Below are positions 55,310 to 64,000 of a DNA stretch of 64,000 nucleotides, one piece after another; position 1 is the first letter of the stretch, and each line of letters begins with the position of its first letter. A program made the translations under genes and the position numbers. The stretch lies in NCBI GenBank assembly GCA_963719225.1, contig CAVRAY010000002.1, positions 807,797-871,796 on the forward strand, given 5' to 3'. This DNA is from Thermoanaerobaculia bacterium. Lineage in GTDB: Bacteria > Acidobacteriota > Thermoanaerobaculia > UBA5066. The notes under the pieces were generated by a model that was not told the DNA's origin, searched no databases, and saw only the letters and a program-made list of their open reading frames with translations.

Positions 55310-56275
55310 CTAGCTGTTCGAACGCCGCCACGTGGCCGGCGCCGTCGCCGAACGCCTTCTTGAACGCGCGGGAGAATGCGGCCTCGGAATCGTAGCCGAC
55401 AATCTCGGCGACCTGCGCGAGGGACGCGCTGGTGTTGCGGAGCTTCTGAGTCGCGACCTGCATGCGCCAATTGGCGAGGTAGTGCATCGGCGGCACGCCG
55501 ATCAGACGAATGAAGCGGTCGGCCAACGCCGAACGCGACAGGCCGACCTCGCGGCCAAGCTCATCGACGGTCCAGCGCCGGGCGATGTCGCGGTGCAGCA
55601 GCGCCAGCGCCCGCGCAACGTAAGGGTCGCGCAAACCGGCGAGCCATCCGGTCTGGCCGTCCGGCAGCGCCTCCGCGTAACGCCGCACCGTCTCGACGAA
55701 CAACAGCTCCGAAAGCTTGGCCAGCACGGTCTCCGATCCCGGACGGCCGGCCGCGACCTCCTCCGCGGCGTATTGGAATGTCGAGCGGATCCATTCCGCG
55801 GCTCCGCCTTGCTCGACGTTGAGCTTGAGCAGCGGGCGGCAAGGTCGAGATCACCGGATTGCCTTCGGCGCTGGCGCAACCGAGGAAGCCGCAGATCATC
55901 CGCGTGCGTGCGCCAGTCGCCGCCATGATGGATGGAGAACAGCCCGCCGTCCTTGGGCGGCTGGATGATGTCGCTGCCCGCCACCGGCGGCAGGCTCAGG
56001 TCGCTGCCCATCAGATGCAGGTCGTTGCGCGGCAGCAGAACGACCTCGCCGGTCCCAATCACGAGGCCCTCTCCGTCCTCACCGTCGACTCGGATACGAA
56101 GCTCACCCTCGACGACGTAGTGATAGATGATCAGGTGGGACGCCGGCCCGAGAGCAGGCGCGCAATGCTCGGGCGCGACGCGCGCCGCGATGCACCACGG
56201 CGCGAAGAAGTCGGCGTGCAGGAACACGCCGCCGGTCAAATGCGCCACCCTCAAGACGTCAGATAACGCGTCCAT
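55310..56275 (-). CDS. AraC regulator with Cupin_6 N-domain (RclR-like), frameshifted
   Basis: MDALSDVLR..APW, GWLAGLRDP, WTVDEL, SRSAL..RF, VGYDSEAAFSRAFKK. Confidence 0.9.
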
Positions 56276-56422
56276 ACCGTGCTTTCTACCAGGATCCGGT
56301 GTTTCGGTCATGTCTCCCGGTGGGCCGGTCATAGACCCTCGACCGCCTGCCGACTTACAGATGGCCGCATCAGCCGGCCGGTTCTGCCATCGGTCGGCAC
56401 AACTCCGGAGAGGAGACGGAAC

Positions 56423-57355
56423 ATGAATGCGATCGACAAAATCTCTGACAGCGACCGGTATGCGCGCTGCGTTCAGACGTCCAAGCGGGTGCGATGGGAC
56501 ATCGACGAGGACGTCATCCGGGGACGCCGCTTCGATGCCGCCCACAAGTTCCTGCCGGACGGGCTTTCGCTCGCCGACGCGTTCACGACCCTGTCGGCCG
56601 ATGAAAAGCGGTTCGTGAGCCAGATCCAGGGCCGCACCTACGCCAATATCTTCGGGCTGGTCGAGCGCTTCATCAACGCCAAGGTCCTGGAACTGAGCCA
56701 CGATCACTGGTTCGGCGACCAGGTTGCGCTCGAGGCGCTGGTTCGGTTCAGCGACGAGGAGCTGAAGCACCAGGCGCTGTTCCGCCGCATCGACGCGATG
56801 GTCGGCGACGTGCTGCCCGACGGCTATCGCTTCGACATCGACCCCAACGGCGTCGCCCACGCCGTGCTCGGCAAGAGCACCTGGGCGGTGCTGGCGCTGA
56901 CGCTGGATATCGAGCTGTTCACCCAGCTCCACTATCGCCAGAGCATCGAGCCCGACGCCGAGCTCTCCGAGCTGTTCAAGGACGTGTTCCTCTATCACTG
57001 GAAGGAGGAGAGCCAGCACGCCATCCTCGACGAGCTCGAGTGGGTGCGCCACGACGCCGGACTGACGGCGGAGCAGCGCGACCGGGCGGTCGACGAGTTC
57101 ATCGAGCTGGTCGCCGCGGTGGACGGCATCCTGCAGGCCCAGGCCAAGGCCGACGCGGGCTACTTCGCGGCGACGTGCGGCCGCGCGGTCGGCGAGGCCG
57201 AGGCGCGGGCGATCGAGGCCGCGTTCCTCAAGGCCTACCGCTGGCAATACATCCACTCGGGCGCCCAGCACCCGCAGTTCGGCAAGGTGCTGTCCAGCCT
57301 GATCACCGAAAGCCAGGGCCAGCGCATTCAGGCGGCGCTCGCCACGCTGCAATAA
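56423..57355 (+). CDS. Ferritin-like diiron-carboxylate protein
   Basis: Intact; E (LVERF), DEELKH, E (IELFT), HWKEESQH. Confidence 0.72.
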   Translation: MNAIDKISDSDRYARCVQTSKRVRWDIDEDVIRGRRFDAAHKFLPDGLSLADAFTTLSADEKRFVSQIQGRTYANIFGLVERFINAKVLELSHDHWFGDQVALEALVRFSDEELKHQALFRRIDAMVGDVLPDGYRFDIDPNGVAHAVLGKSTWAVLALTLDIELFTQLHYRQSIEPDAELSELFKDVFLYHWKEESQHAILDELEWVRHDAGLTAEQRDRAVDEFIELVAAVDGILQAQAKADAGYFAATCGRAVGEAEARAIEAAFLKAYRWQYIHSGAQHPQFGKVLSSLITESQGQRIQAALATLQ

Positions 57356-57400
57356 TCCGGCGCGAAGCTTCCAACCACCAACAACCAAAGGAGACCTATC

Positions 57401-57986
57401 ATGGTTGCCAAAACCAAACCGCCACGAAGACCGCCGAACCCACCGTCGTCAACGGCATCAATGTCGACGACCTGTTTGCCCTGATCGAGGGCGTCAAGCG
57501 GGACGCCGCGAAGGGCAAGACCAACTGGCGCGTCACCACGACCTGGCAGGGCCAAGCGCGCAGCCGCGCGCAGGTCGACGGGCTTCGGGATCGGCGGGAA
57601 ACAGGTGCCACGCCAGTTCTCGATCGACATCGACGAGCCCTGCGAACTCGGCGGCATCGAACCGGTTCGCCAATCCGCAGGAACATCTGATGGCGGCGCT
57701 CAACGCCTGCATGATGGTGGGGTACGTGGCGCAGTGCGCGGTGCGCGGGATCACCCTCGAAAGCCTGGAGATCGAGACCGACGGTGAGATCGACCTCCGC
57801 GGCTTCCTCGGAATCGATCCCACCGTGCCGCCGGGCTACGAGAACCTGAGCTACACCGTCCGCATCAAGGGCAGCGGCACCAAGGAGCAGTTCGCCGAGA
57901 TCCACGAGGCGGTGATGGCGACCTCGCCCAACTTCTACAACGTGTCCCGGCCCGTGGCCCTCAAGCCGACCCTCGTCGTCGAGTGA
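57401..57986 (+). CDS. OsmC family protein (frameshifted)
   Basis: DEP..LGG..ANPQEHLMAALNAC, GITLESL, IDLRGFLG, TSP. Confidence 0.85.
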
Positions 57987-58227
57987 TCGACAGGAACCGA
58001 GCAGCGAGGCGGCCGCAGACCAGCGGCTGCCTCGCCCTGCCTCGCCCCTTTGCTTCCGCAATGTCTCCTTGGGTTTAACGCGTCGGTGAGCGCCAAACCG
58101 CGCGACGTCTGCTTTTTCCCCGACAAACGGAATTCGCTTCCCGAAAATGGTCTTGAACTCCCGGCGGAGAATCCGTGGAGTTTGGCTTTGACACCCTGCA
58201 AGCAATTGAATTCATTAAGCTGAGGAA

Positions 58228-58265
58228 TCCCTTCGCACGGGATAGGTCGCAGGTTCAATCCCTGC
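58228..58265 (+). repeat. Degenerate direct repeat of the tRNA-Val 3' half (att-like)
   Basis: tcccttcgcacgggataggtcgcaggttcaatccctgc vs tcccttcacacgggagaggtcgcaggttcaatccctgc. Confidence 0.88.
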
Positions 58266-58277
58266 TATGCCCCCGAG

Positions 58278-59048
58278 ATGACCGAAAGCTGCTGGAACCA
58301 GACAAGCGTTTGCCGGCTCCCCGTGCGTTTGCAAGTCGATCCGGGATCGCTGCATCTGTGGAGCATTCCGCTCGGCCTGACGGAACCACTGCTGCGCAAG
58401 TGGGGCGGCTACGTTTCCGAAGATGAACGCCAGCGTGCCGACCGATTTCTGCGTGCGCAGGACCATCGTCGATACACGATTGCGCACGCCGCGCTGCGCC
58501 TGCTGCTGGCCCGTTATACCGGGTTGGACGTCCACGCGCTGCACTTCGTCGCCGGCCCGCAAGGCAAGCCTGCGCTCGCCAACGCGGGCGCGGAGGCGAT
58601 GTCATTCAACCTGACCCATTCAGGCGAACTTGCGGTGGTTGCGGTGTCGTCGCCGGCGCGGCTCGGCGTCGATGTCGAGGAGTTTCGCGTTATCGACGAC
58701 GCGGGCGCGATCGCCCTGTCATTTTTCGCCGAGGCGGAGGTAGCCGCGTTGGCGGCGGTGGCGCCTACCGATCGAGACCGGGCCTTTCTCACGTGCTGGA
58801 CGCGGAAGGAAGCATTCATCAAGGCGCTTGGCGGAGGCCTGTCGATCGATCTGGCAAGCTTCGAGGTGAGCCTCTCGCGCGAGCGTCCCGCGTTTCTGCG
58901 AATTGCAGACGCGGCATTGGCTGCCCAAGCCTGGTCCATGATCCATCTGGAACCCGCAGCGGGCTACGTCGGCGCTGTCGTCACGGACGCCATGGTGAGT
59001 GAGACACGGCTCCTGCACCTTGACCTTGCCGCAGAGCAGCAATCATGA
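58278..59048 (+). CDS. Sfp/HetI-type 4'-phosphopantetheinyl transferase
   Basis: GKP, FNLTHS, LGVDVE, WTRKEAFIKA. Confidence 0.92.
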   Translation: MTESCWNQTSVCRLPVRLQVDPGSLHLWSIPLGLTEPLLRKWGGYVSEDERQRADRFLRAQDHRRYTIAHAALRLLLARYTGLDVHALHFVAGPQGKPALANAGAEAMSFNLTHSGELAVVAVSSPARLGVDVEEFRVIDDAGAIALSFFAEAEVAALAAVAPTDRDRAFLTCWTRKEAFIKALGGGLSIDLASFEVSLSRERPAFLRIADAALAAQAWSMIHLEPAAGYVGAVVTDAMVSETRLLHLDLAAEQQS

Positions 59049-59311
59049 CCGTCCGCGCGATCATTTCGCCGTGTCTTGTGGCCCCGGCAATTCGGCACCG
59101 TTCATCGGTCATCAGATGTGGCTTGCGGCAAGCGACCTTGACGATGGTCTGGCGCAACACGCCTTCACGTTGGCGACGTGAAAACGAATGGCTGAACCGT
59201 TCACGGCCTCACAGCTTTGGGGGTGATTTTGGTGTCGCTCCAAAAGGCTTTCCATGCGCCGAATCGTTCGACCGCGCCTCAATCAAACCGAGACACTACC
59301 CAGCCGAGGGG

Positions 59312-59614
59312 CTATCGGATAAGGAAATTCTCTTTCTTCAGCTTGGTGCCCTTCATTTCCTCGCGCATCCAGATCGGCGTTGCACCGCGCCCGGCCCAGG
59401 TCATCTTCGGATTTTTACGACTTCGATATTTCGGCGCGACCTTTCCGCCCCTGCGCCTCCTGACGCTGCCGTTCTCGGCCATTCCACCCCCGAGCTTTGT
59501 CAGCTGTGCCTTTAGTTCGACGGCCTTTCGCGAGAGAGTGGCATTTACGTCGTCGCGGAGCTTGATCAACTCGTCGACTGACATCGAGGAAAGGTTTGCT
59601 TTCGCCATTGGCAT
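59312..59614 (-). CDS. H-NS family nucleoid protein
   Basis: KVAPKYR..TWAGRGATP.W. Confidence 0.88.
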   Translation of the reverse strand: MPMAKANLSSMSVDELIKLRDDVNATLSRKAVELKAQLTKLGGGMAENGSVRRRRGGKVAPKYRSRKNPKMTWAGRGATPIWMREEMKGTKLKKENFLIR

Positions 59615-59863
59615 CTCCTGATAAAATGAGTGTCGGGGTTTGGGCTTAGTGCATAAAAAAGGCAAGCACGCACAGGTGGTATAGGTATTGGGTGGCTACT
59701 GAAACTGTTAGACAACGGCAGCAATACGGCCGTTGTGTTCGTCGGCAAATCGATTGCTTTTACCCGAATTGTGAGCTCGGAATGTCAAACAGGCGCGCGG
59801 GCGTGGCCGCTAAATGGCGAAGAAACAGTCAGATAAAGCCGCGACGACCTATCGCATAAAGTT

Positions 59864-59893
59864 TGCCGGGGCAGCAGAATACCACTGCCCCGG
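59864..59893. terminator. Strong hairpin, possible terminator of the Bug-family gene
   Basis: gccggggcag-cagaatacca-ctgccccggc. Confidence 0.45.
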
Positions 59894-60007
59894 CGATATA
59901 GTCCCATTGAGCAATCTCAGGATGATTTTAACGGCGATTTGACCCTCGCTAGGCCTTCAATTGATCCCATGTCCCGGTTTCGAGGCCGTCGCCAACTTGT
60001 TCGCAGC

Positions 60008-60985
60008 CTACAGCGTGCCGGCGAGGCCGACCTGCCGCACGACCTTGCCCCAGCGATCGGCCTCCGACTTGACGAAGCGCGACAGCTCGTCGAGCGAGGG
60101 GGTCACAACCGGGACGACGCCAAGCCGGGTCACCGTCTGCTGCACGTCCGGCAGTCCCATGATGGCTTTGAACTCGGCGTGTAGCCTGTCCACGATCGGC
60201 TTCGGCGTTCCGACGGGCAGCGCGGTCATGAACCAGCCGGCGGCGTCGAAGCCCGGCACGCCCGCCTCGTTGAGCGTCGGAATGTCGGGCGCGACCGACC
60301 AGCGCGCCAGTGTGGTGACGCCGAGCGCGCGCACCTTGCCGCTCTTGATCAGCGGGACCGAGGGCGCCGGATCGGAGAACAGGACCGGCACGTGCCCGGC
60401 CACCACGTCGTTGATGGCATGCGCGCTGCCCTTGTAGGGGATGTGCGTCATCTTGATGCCGGTCATGCCCTGGAACAGCTCGGAATAGAGATGGTGTGGC
60501 GAGCCCGCCCCGCCCGAAGCATAGGTGAGCTGGTGCTCCTTCGCATATTTGATGAACTCCGAGACCGTCTTCACCGGCAGCGACGGAGTGACGATCAGCA
60601 CGAACGGCACCCGGCCGATCAGCGCCACCGGCTGTATGTCCTTGATCGGATCGTAGGGCAGCGATTTGTACATCGTCGGCGAGATCGCCAGCGATCCGCT
60701 GCCGGGCATGCCGATGGTGTAGCCGTCCGGCGCGGCCTTGGCGCCGGCCGCGGTTCCGATGGTCGAGCCGCCGCCCGGGCGATTCTCGACCACGACCGCC
60801 TTGCCCAGCCGCTCGGACAGCTTCGGCGCTGCAATGCGGGCCACCGTGTCGACCGCTCCGCCCGCCGCCCAGGGCGCGATCATCGTGACGGTGCGCGTCG
60901 GGTAGTCTTGCGCCCGCGATGGCGCAGCTTGAACGAGCGCAATGAGCGCAGCCGCGGCGGCAAGCCCGCGAACAAACGAGGCCAT
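60008..60985 (-). CDS. Bug/TctC tripartite tricarboxylate transporter substrate-binding protein
   Basis: YPTRTVTMIAPWAAGG, VVENRPGGG, PDGYT, HIPYKG. Confidence 0.92.
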   Translation of the reverse strand: MASFVRGLAAAAALIALVQAAPSRAQDYPTRTVTMIAPWAAGGAVDTVARIAAPKLSERLGKAVVVENRPGGGSTIGTAAGAKAAPDGYTIGMPGSGSLAISPTMYKSLPYDPIKDIQPVALIGRVPFVLIVTPSLPVKTVSEFIKYAKEHQLTYASGGAGSPHHLYSELFQGMTGIKMTHIPYKGSAHAINDVVAGHVPVLFSDPAPSVPLIKSGKVRALGVTTLARWSVAPDIPTLNEAGVPGFDAAGWFMTALPVGTPKPIVDRLHAEFKAIMGLPDVQQTVTRLGVVPVVTPSLDELSRFVKSEADRWGKVVRQVGLAGTL

Positions 60986-61053
60986 GGCGTCCCTCCAACT
61001 ATCGGATTTTGTGATTGCACCGCCGAACATTGACCGCCGGCGTTTGACTTTAT

Positions 61054-62996
61054 GTCGCGGTAGGAGCGCTCGTTACTGAGCGCCCCCCGCTTCGATCCGT
61101 ACGTGCAGCTTTCCCGCATACGGCTCTTACCTCGGGTATGAGACGGCGAAGCGCTTGTTGGGCCAGGGGTGGAGAATACGCGGTTTTGGGAGCCAGTCGT
61201 CGATCAGCCGATTTATCTGATCCCAGTTGAGACCACCCTTCTGGCTGCGTCGGGAGAGGACCCGTCGCCAGCGTTTGGTGATCTCTTCCCGGAATACCCT
61301 GAGTGCGTCAAAGTTGGTCGGCACTGCATGGTAGTTGAAGTAGCCGCGTACGACCTGCCGCAACCAGCTTCCCTGTGCGGGAATTGATTGGTGCATGCGC
61401 CGTCGCATCTCCTCCTTCATCATCCGTAGTTTCGCCCGCATGCGGTCGCGCCGGGTCTTCCGGTAGAGCTGGAATTTGCCCTGGCGTGTTGTTCCGCAGA
61501 TGAAGGTGAACCCCAGAAAATTGAAGGTTTCCGGTTTGCCGAGCCCACGCTGCTTGCGATTGGCCGCCGCATGACGGCCGAACTCGATCAGGCGGGTCTT
61601 GTCCGGGTGAAGCGTCAGCGCAAACTCCTGCATCCGCGCACGCATCTCATCCAGGAAGCGCCGGGCATCGACCTCATGCTGAAAGCCCACGATGTAGTCG
61701 TCGGCATATCTCACGATGATCATGTCGCCCGTGGCTTCACGCCGTCGCCAGCGCGCGGCCCAGAGATCGAGCACGTAGTGCAGGTAGATGTTGGCCAGCA
61801 ACGGTGAGATCACCGCTCCCTGCCCGGTTCCCCTGTCACTGACCGTCACGATCCCATCTTCCAGGATGCCCACCTTGAGCCATTTCTGGATCAGGCGGAT
61901 GATGCGTCGATCACCGATCCGATGTTCTAGGAAACGTACCAGCCATTGCTGACTAAGTTCGTCGAAAAACGATCGGACGTCGGCATCGATTATCCAGTTC
62001 ACTTTCGTGCTATCGATTCCAACCGCAAGCGCATCCAGCGCATTGTGCGTGCTGCGTCCGGGTCGGAATCCGTACGAGAACCCGAGGAAGTCTTCCTCGT
62101 AGATCGCGTTGAGCACCGCGACCGTCGCCCGTTGGACGATCTTGTCCTCCAGCGCGGCAATCGCGAGCGGACGCTGTTTCCCATCGGCCTTCAGTATGTA
62201 CCTCCGGCGTGACGGCAGCGCCCGGTAGGCTCCTCGATGAACCCGCTCATGCAGATCAGTGAGGTTTCGGTCAAGGTCTGCTTCGTAGGTCCGCCACGTC
62301 AGTCCATCGACCCCCGGTGCGGCGTCTTTCTTGAGTTCGAAGAACGCCTCGCCAAGCAAATCGATGCTGATGTGGTGAAGGAGCGCGGTGAACTTCTCCT
62401 TTTTCCTTTCCCTTGCGACTTTCCGTATGCGTTCCAGCGCTTGGGACACGCTCGCCCGGCTCTGCGCCCGGTGCGTGCTTTGCTGGTTCGCATTCCCCTC
62501 GGTCCCCACCCTTCGCTCCACCGGCTCCGCAGCGGCTGTCTCCACCACGGACTGCTCCGCAGTGGGTGGGTCCGCTTTGTTCGCCGGCTTCGCCGCTAAT
62601 ATGGCGGAGTCCGACTTCCCACGCCCGTGCATCATCGGCTACGGCTCCTCACCTTCCCGATGCGGACCAGGTCGGCATAGTGCCTGTGGTCAGACGCGGG
62701 ATCTCCCAGCTTCCGACGCGATCCTTTTGCGCGTGATGTGCTCTTTGACCCCGGCGGGACGACAATGCCTCGCATAACGGCACTGCACATGTTGCGTTCG
62801 ACCATAAGCACAGTCTCCGCTCCCGCGGTTTCATCATTTCGTGGCTCAATCACACACCCCACGCAACCGCTGTGTACGCTTCGTGTTCGGCGTTACCGCC
62901 GCCTCACGCAACACTCGCTTCCAGGCGGTCCGCTACGACCTTACCTGGGCCGGACTTGCACCGACTGATCGCGCCAGCTTTTGCTGGCGCCTTCGC
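61054..62996 (-). mobile_element. Group II intron; 5' boundary inferred
   Basis: Domain V/VI gagccgtatgcgggaaagctgcacgtacggatc...taccgcgac at the 3' end; 5' domain I start ggcgccagcaaaagctggcgc; RT ORF inside. Confidence 0.88.
61127..62635 (-). CDS. ltrA: Group II intron reverse transcriptase/maturase (no En domain)
   Basis: APGVDG, SYGFRPGRS, GTGQGAVISPLLAN, RYADD, FLGF, maturase X domain. Confidence 0.95.
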   Translation of the reverse strand: MMHGRGKSDSAILAAKPANKADPPTAEQSVVETAAAEPVERRVGTEGNANQQSTHRAQSRASVSQALERIRKVARERKKEKFTALLHHISIDLLGEAFFELKKDAAPGVDGLTWRTYEADLDRNLTDLHERVHRGAYRALPSRRRYILKADGKQRPLAIAALEDKIVQRATVAVLNAIYEEDFLGFSYGFRPGRSTHNALDALAVGIDSTKVNWIIDADVRSFFDELSQQWLVRFLEHRIGDRRIIRLIQKWLKVGILEDGIVTVSDRGTGQGAVISPLLANIYLHYVLDLWAARWRRREATGDMIIVRYADDYIVGFQHEVDARRFLDEMRARMQEFALTLHPDKTRLIEFGRHAAANRKQRGLGKPETFNFLGFTFICGTTRQGKFQLYRKTRRDRMRAKLRMMKEEMRRRMHQSIPAQGSWLRQVVRGYFNYHAVPTNFDALRVFREEITKRWRRVLSRRSQKGGLNWDQINRLIDDWLPKPRILHPWPNKRFAVSYPR

Positions 62997-63176
62997 TTAT
63001 TCCAATTACCTTCCCACGAGTGCCTGACGTTTCCAATATCCGTCAATTAGCCACGCGGTTGGCATTAAATCAGACCATGACCGCCGGCTGTTTGCAATCG
63101 GCTTCCATTCATTCCGCATACATTAACTGCACGAACGGCGCGTTCGTTTAATGCCAGCGCCCCACTCACTACACCA

Positions 63177-64000
63177 TCACTCGATCACCTCGTCGGCACG
63201 GCCGAGCAGCATGGCGGGCATGTCGAGACCGAGCGCCTTCGCGGCCTTGAGATTGACAATCAATTGGTACTTGGTCGGTGCTTGCACCGGCAGATCGCCG
63301 GCCTTTTCGCCCTTCAAAATTCGATCGACGTAGGCGGCCGCTCCGCGAATTTGCTCAACTTGATCGATTCCGTATGACATCAACCCGCCGTCGGCAACAT
63401 AGTATCGATAGGGATAGACCGCGGGCAGTACAAAACGCGCCGCAAGCTCAATGATCCGTTTGCGGTGGGTCGAGGTAAAGGCGTCTGTCATCACGATCAG
63501 CCCGCCCCCCTGTTCGCCCGCATGTTTTGCAAAGGTTGCTTCTATTTCGGCATCGTCGTGAACGGGAGCCGTAGTCACGTTCACCTTGACCGATGGAGCG
63601 ACCGCTTCGATCGCACGCACATACAATCTCGTGTAGGGCGCCGTCTTTGGATTGAAGACGATGGCCACTCTCGTGACGCCGGGCGCCGCTTCTTTTAGCA
63701 GTTCGAGCCATTTTCCGCTGATGGCTGGATCGTAATTTGTAAACCCGGTGATGTTGCCGCCCGGCCGTGCCATGTTCTTGACGATGCCTTGGCCGACCGG
63801 ATCGGACACCTGGGTAAATATGATCGGAATGGTACGCGTTTCGCGCTGCACCGCGATGAGCGCAGGCGTGGAAACGGTAACGATCGCGTCCACCCTGAGT
63901 CCTACAATGTCAGTTGCATGGAGCTGGAAACGGTTGCCCCAGCGATAGTCGATGCGCAGGTTGCGGTCCTTCGTCCACCCCAGCTTTTGCAGCCCTTCTT
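63177..64000 (-). CDS. ABC_sub_bind-type substrate-binding protein (5' end outside the window)
   Basis: SDPVG, ARPGGNITG, GGLMSYG, DLPVQAPTKY, ADEVIE*. Confidence 0.9.
   Translation of the reverse strand, partial: EGLQKLGWTKDRNLRIDYRWGNRFQLHATDIVGLRVDAIVTVSTPALIAVQRETRTIPIIFTQVSDPVGQGIVKNMARPGGNITGFTNYDPAISGKWLELLKEAAPGVTRVAIVFNPKTAPYTRLYVRAIEAVAPSVKVNVTTAPVHDDAEIEATFAKHAGEQGGGLIVMTDAFTSTHRKRIIELAARFVLPAVYPYRYYVADGGLMSYGIDQVEQIRGAAAYVDRILKGEKAGDLPVQAPTKYQLIVNLKAAKALGLDMPAMLLGRADEVIE

Larger units (their letters stand above)
51350..58265. mobile_element. tRNA-Val-anchored genomic islet (no integrase seen)
   Basis: Bounded by the tRNA (51301-51338) and a 36/38 direct copy at 58228-58265; contains two IS elements. 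Confidence 0.7.

Noticed and set aside
58228-58275. Second functional tRNA
   Set aside because: Lacks the 5' acceptor strand and D arm, and the 3' end is decayed; interpreted as an att-like repeat.
61127-62635. RT as retron, DGR or defence-associated RT
   Set aside because: It has a maturase domain and is followed by canonical intron domains V and VI; no template/variable repeat pair was seen.

Overview
GC-rich alphaproteobacterial chromosome segment with a Hyphomicrobiales (Xanthobacteraceae/Nitrobacteraceae-like) gene content. The backbone is a flagellar/cell-cycle/chemotaxis region: flhA, ECF sigma plus anti-sigma, fliJ-fliI, ctrA, cheRBYWA, chpT, cysQ, an eipA-like DUF1134 gene, a coiled-coil protein and tRNA-Val(CAC). 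Several accessory blocks interrupt it: (i) a BzdR/BoxR-type regulator with an aldo/keto reductase and benzoate-CoA ligase; (ii) a Liv-type ABC importer; (iii) an unusual six-gene aromatic-catabolism operon (dihydroxyphthalate-decarboxylase-like protein, MhpB-like dioxygenase, alpha/beta hydrolase, AprB/AprA-like ferredoxin plus flavoprotein, HpaB-like monooxygenase); (iv) cassettes directly behind ctrA, delimited by two extra diverged copies of the ctrA 3' end and carrying a RAYT with REPs and a globin-like MCP; (v) an arylsulfatase/DUF1254 module; (vi) an integrase-less tRNA-Val islet with IS701, IS630 and an AraC/diiron/OsmC/MAPEG module; (vii) a group II intron with a non-canonical 5' end. 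Many conserved genes, including ctrA, carry single-base indels, which points to long-read assembly error. Gene coordinates are therefore stitched across frames, and pseudogene status mostly cannot be judged. All family assignments are by motif recognition only; no database searches were run.
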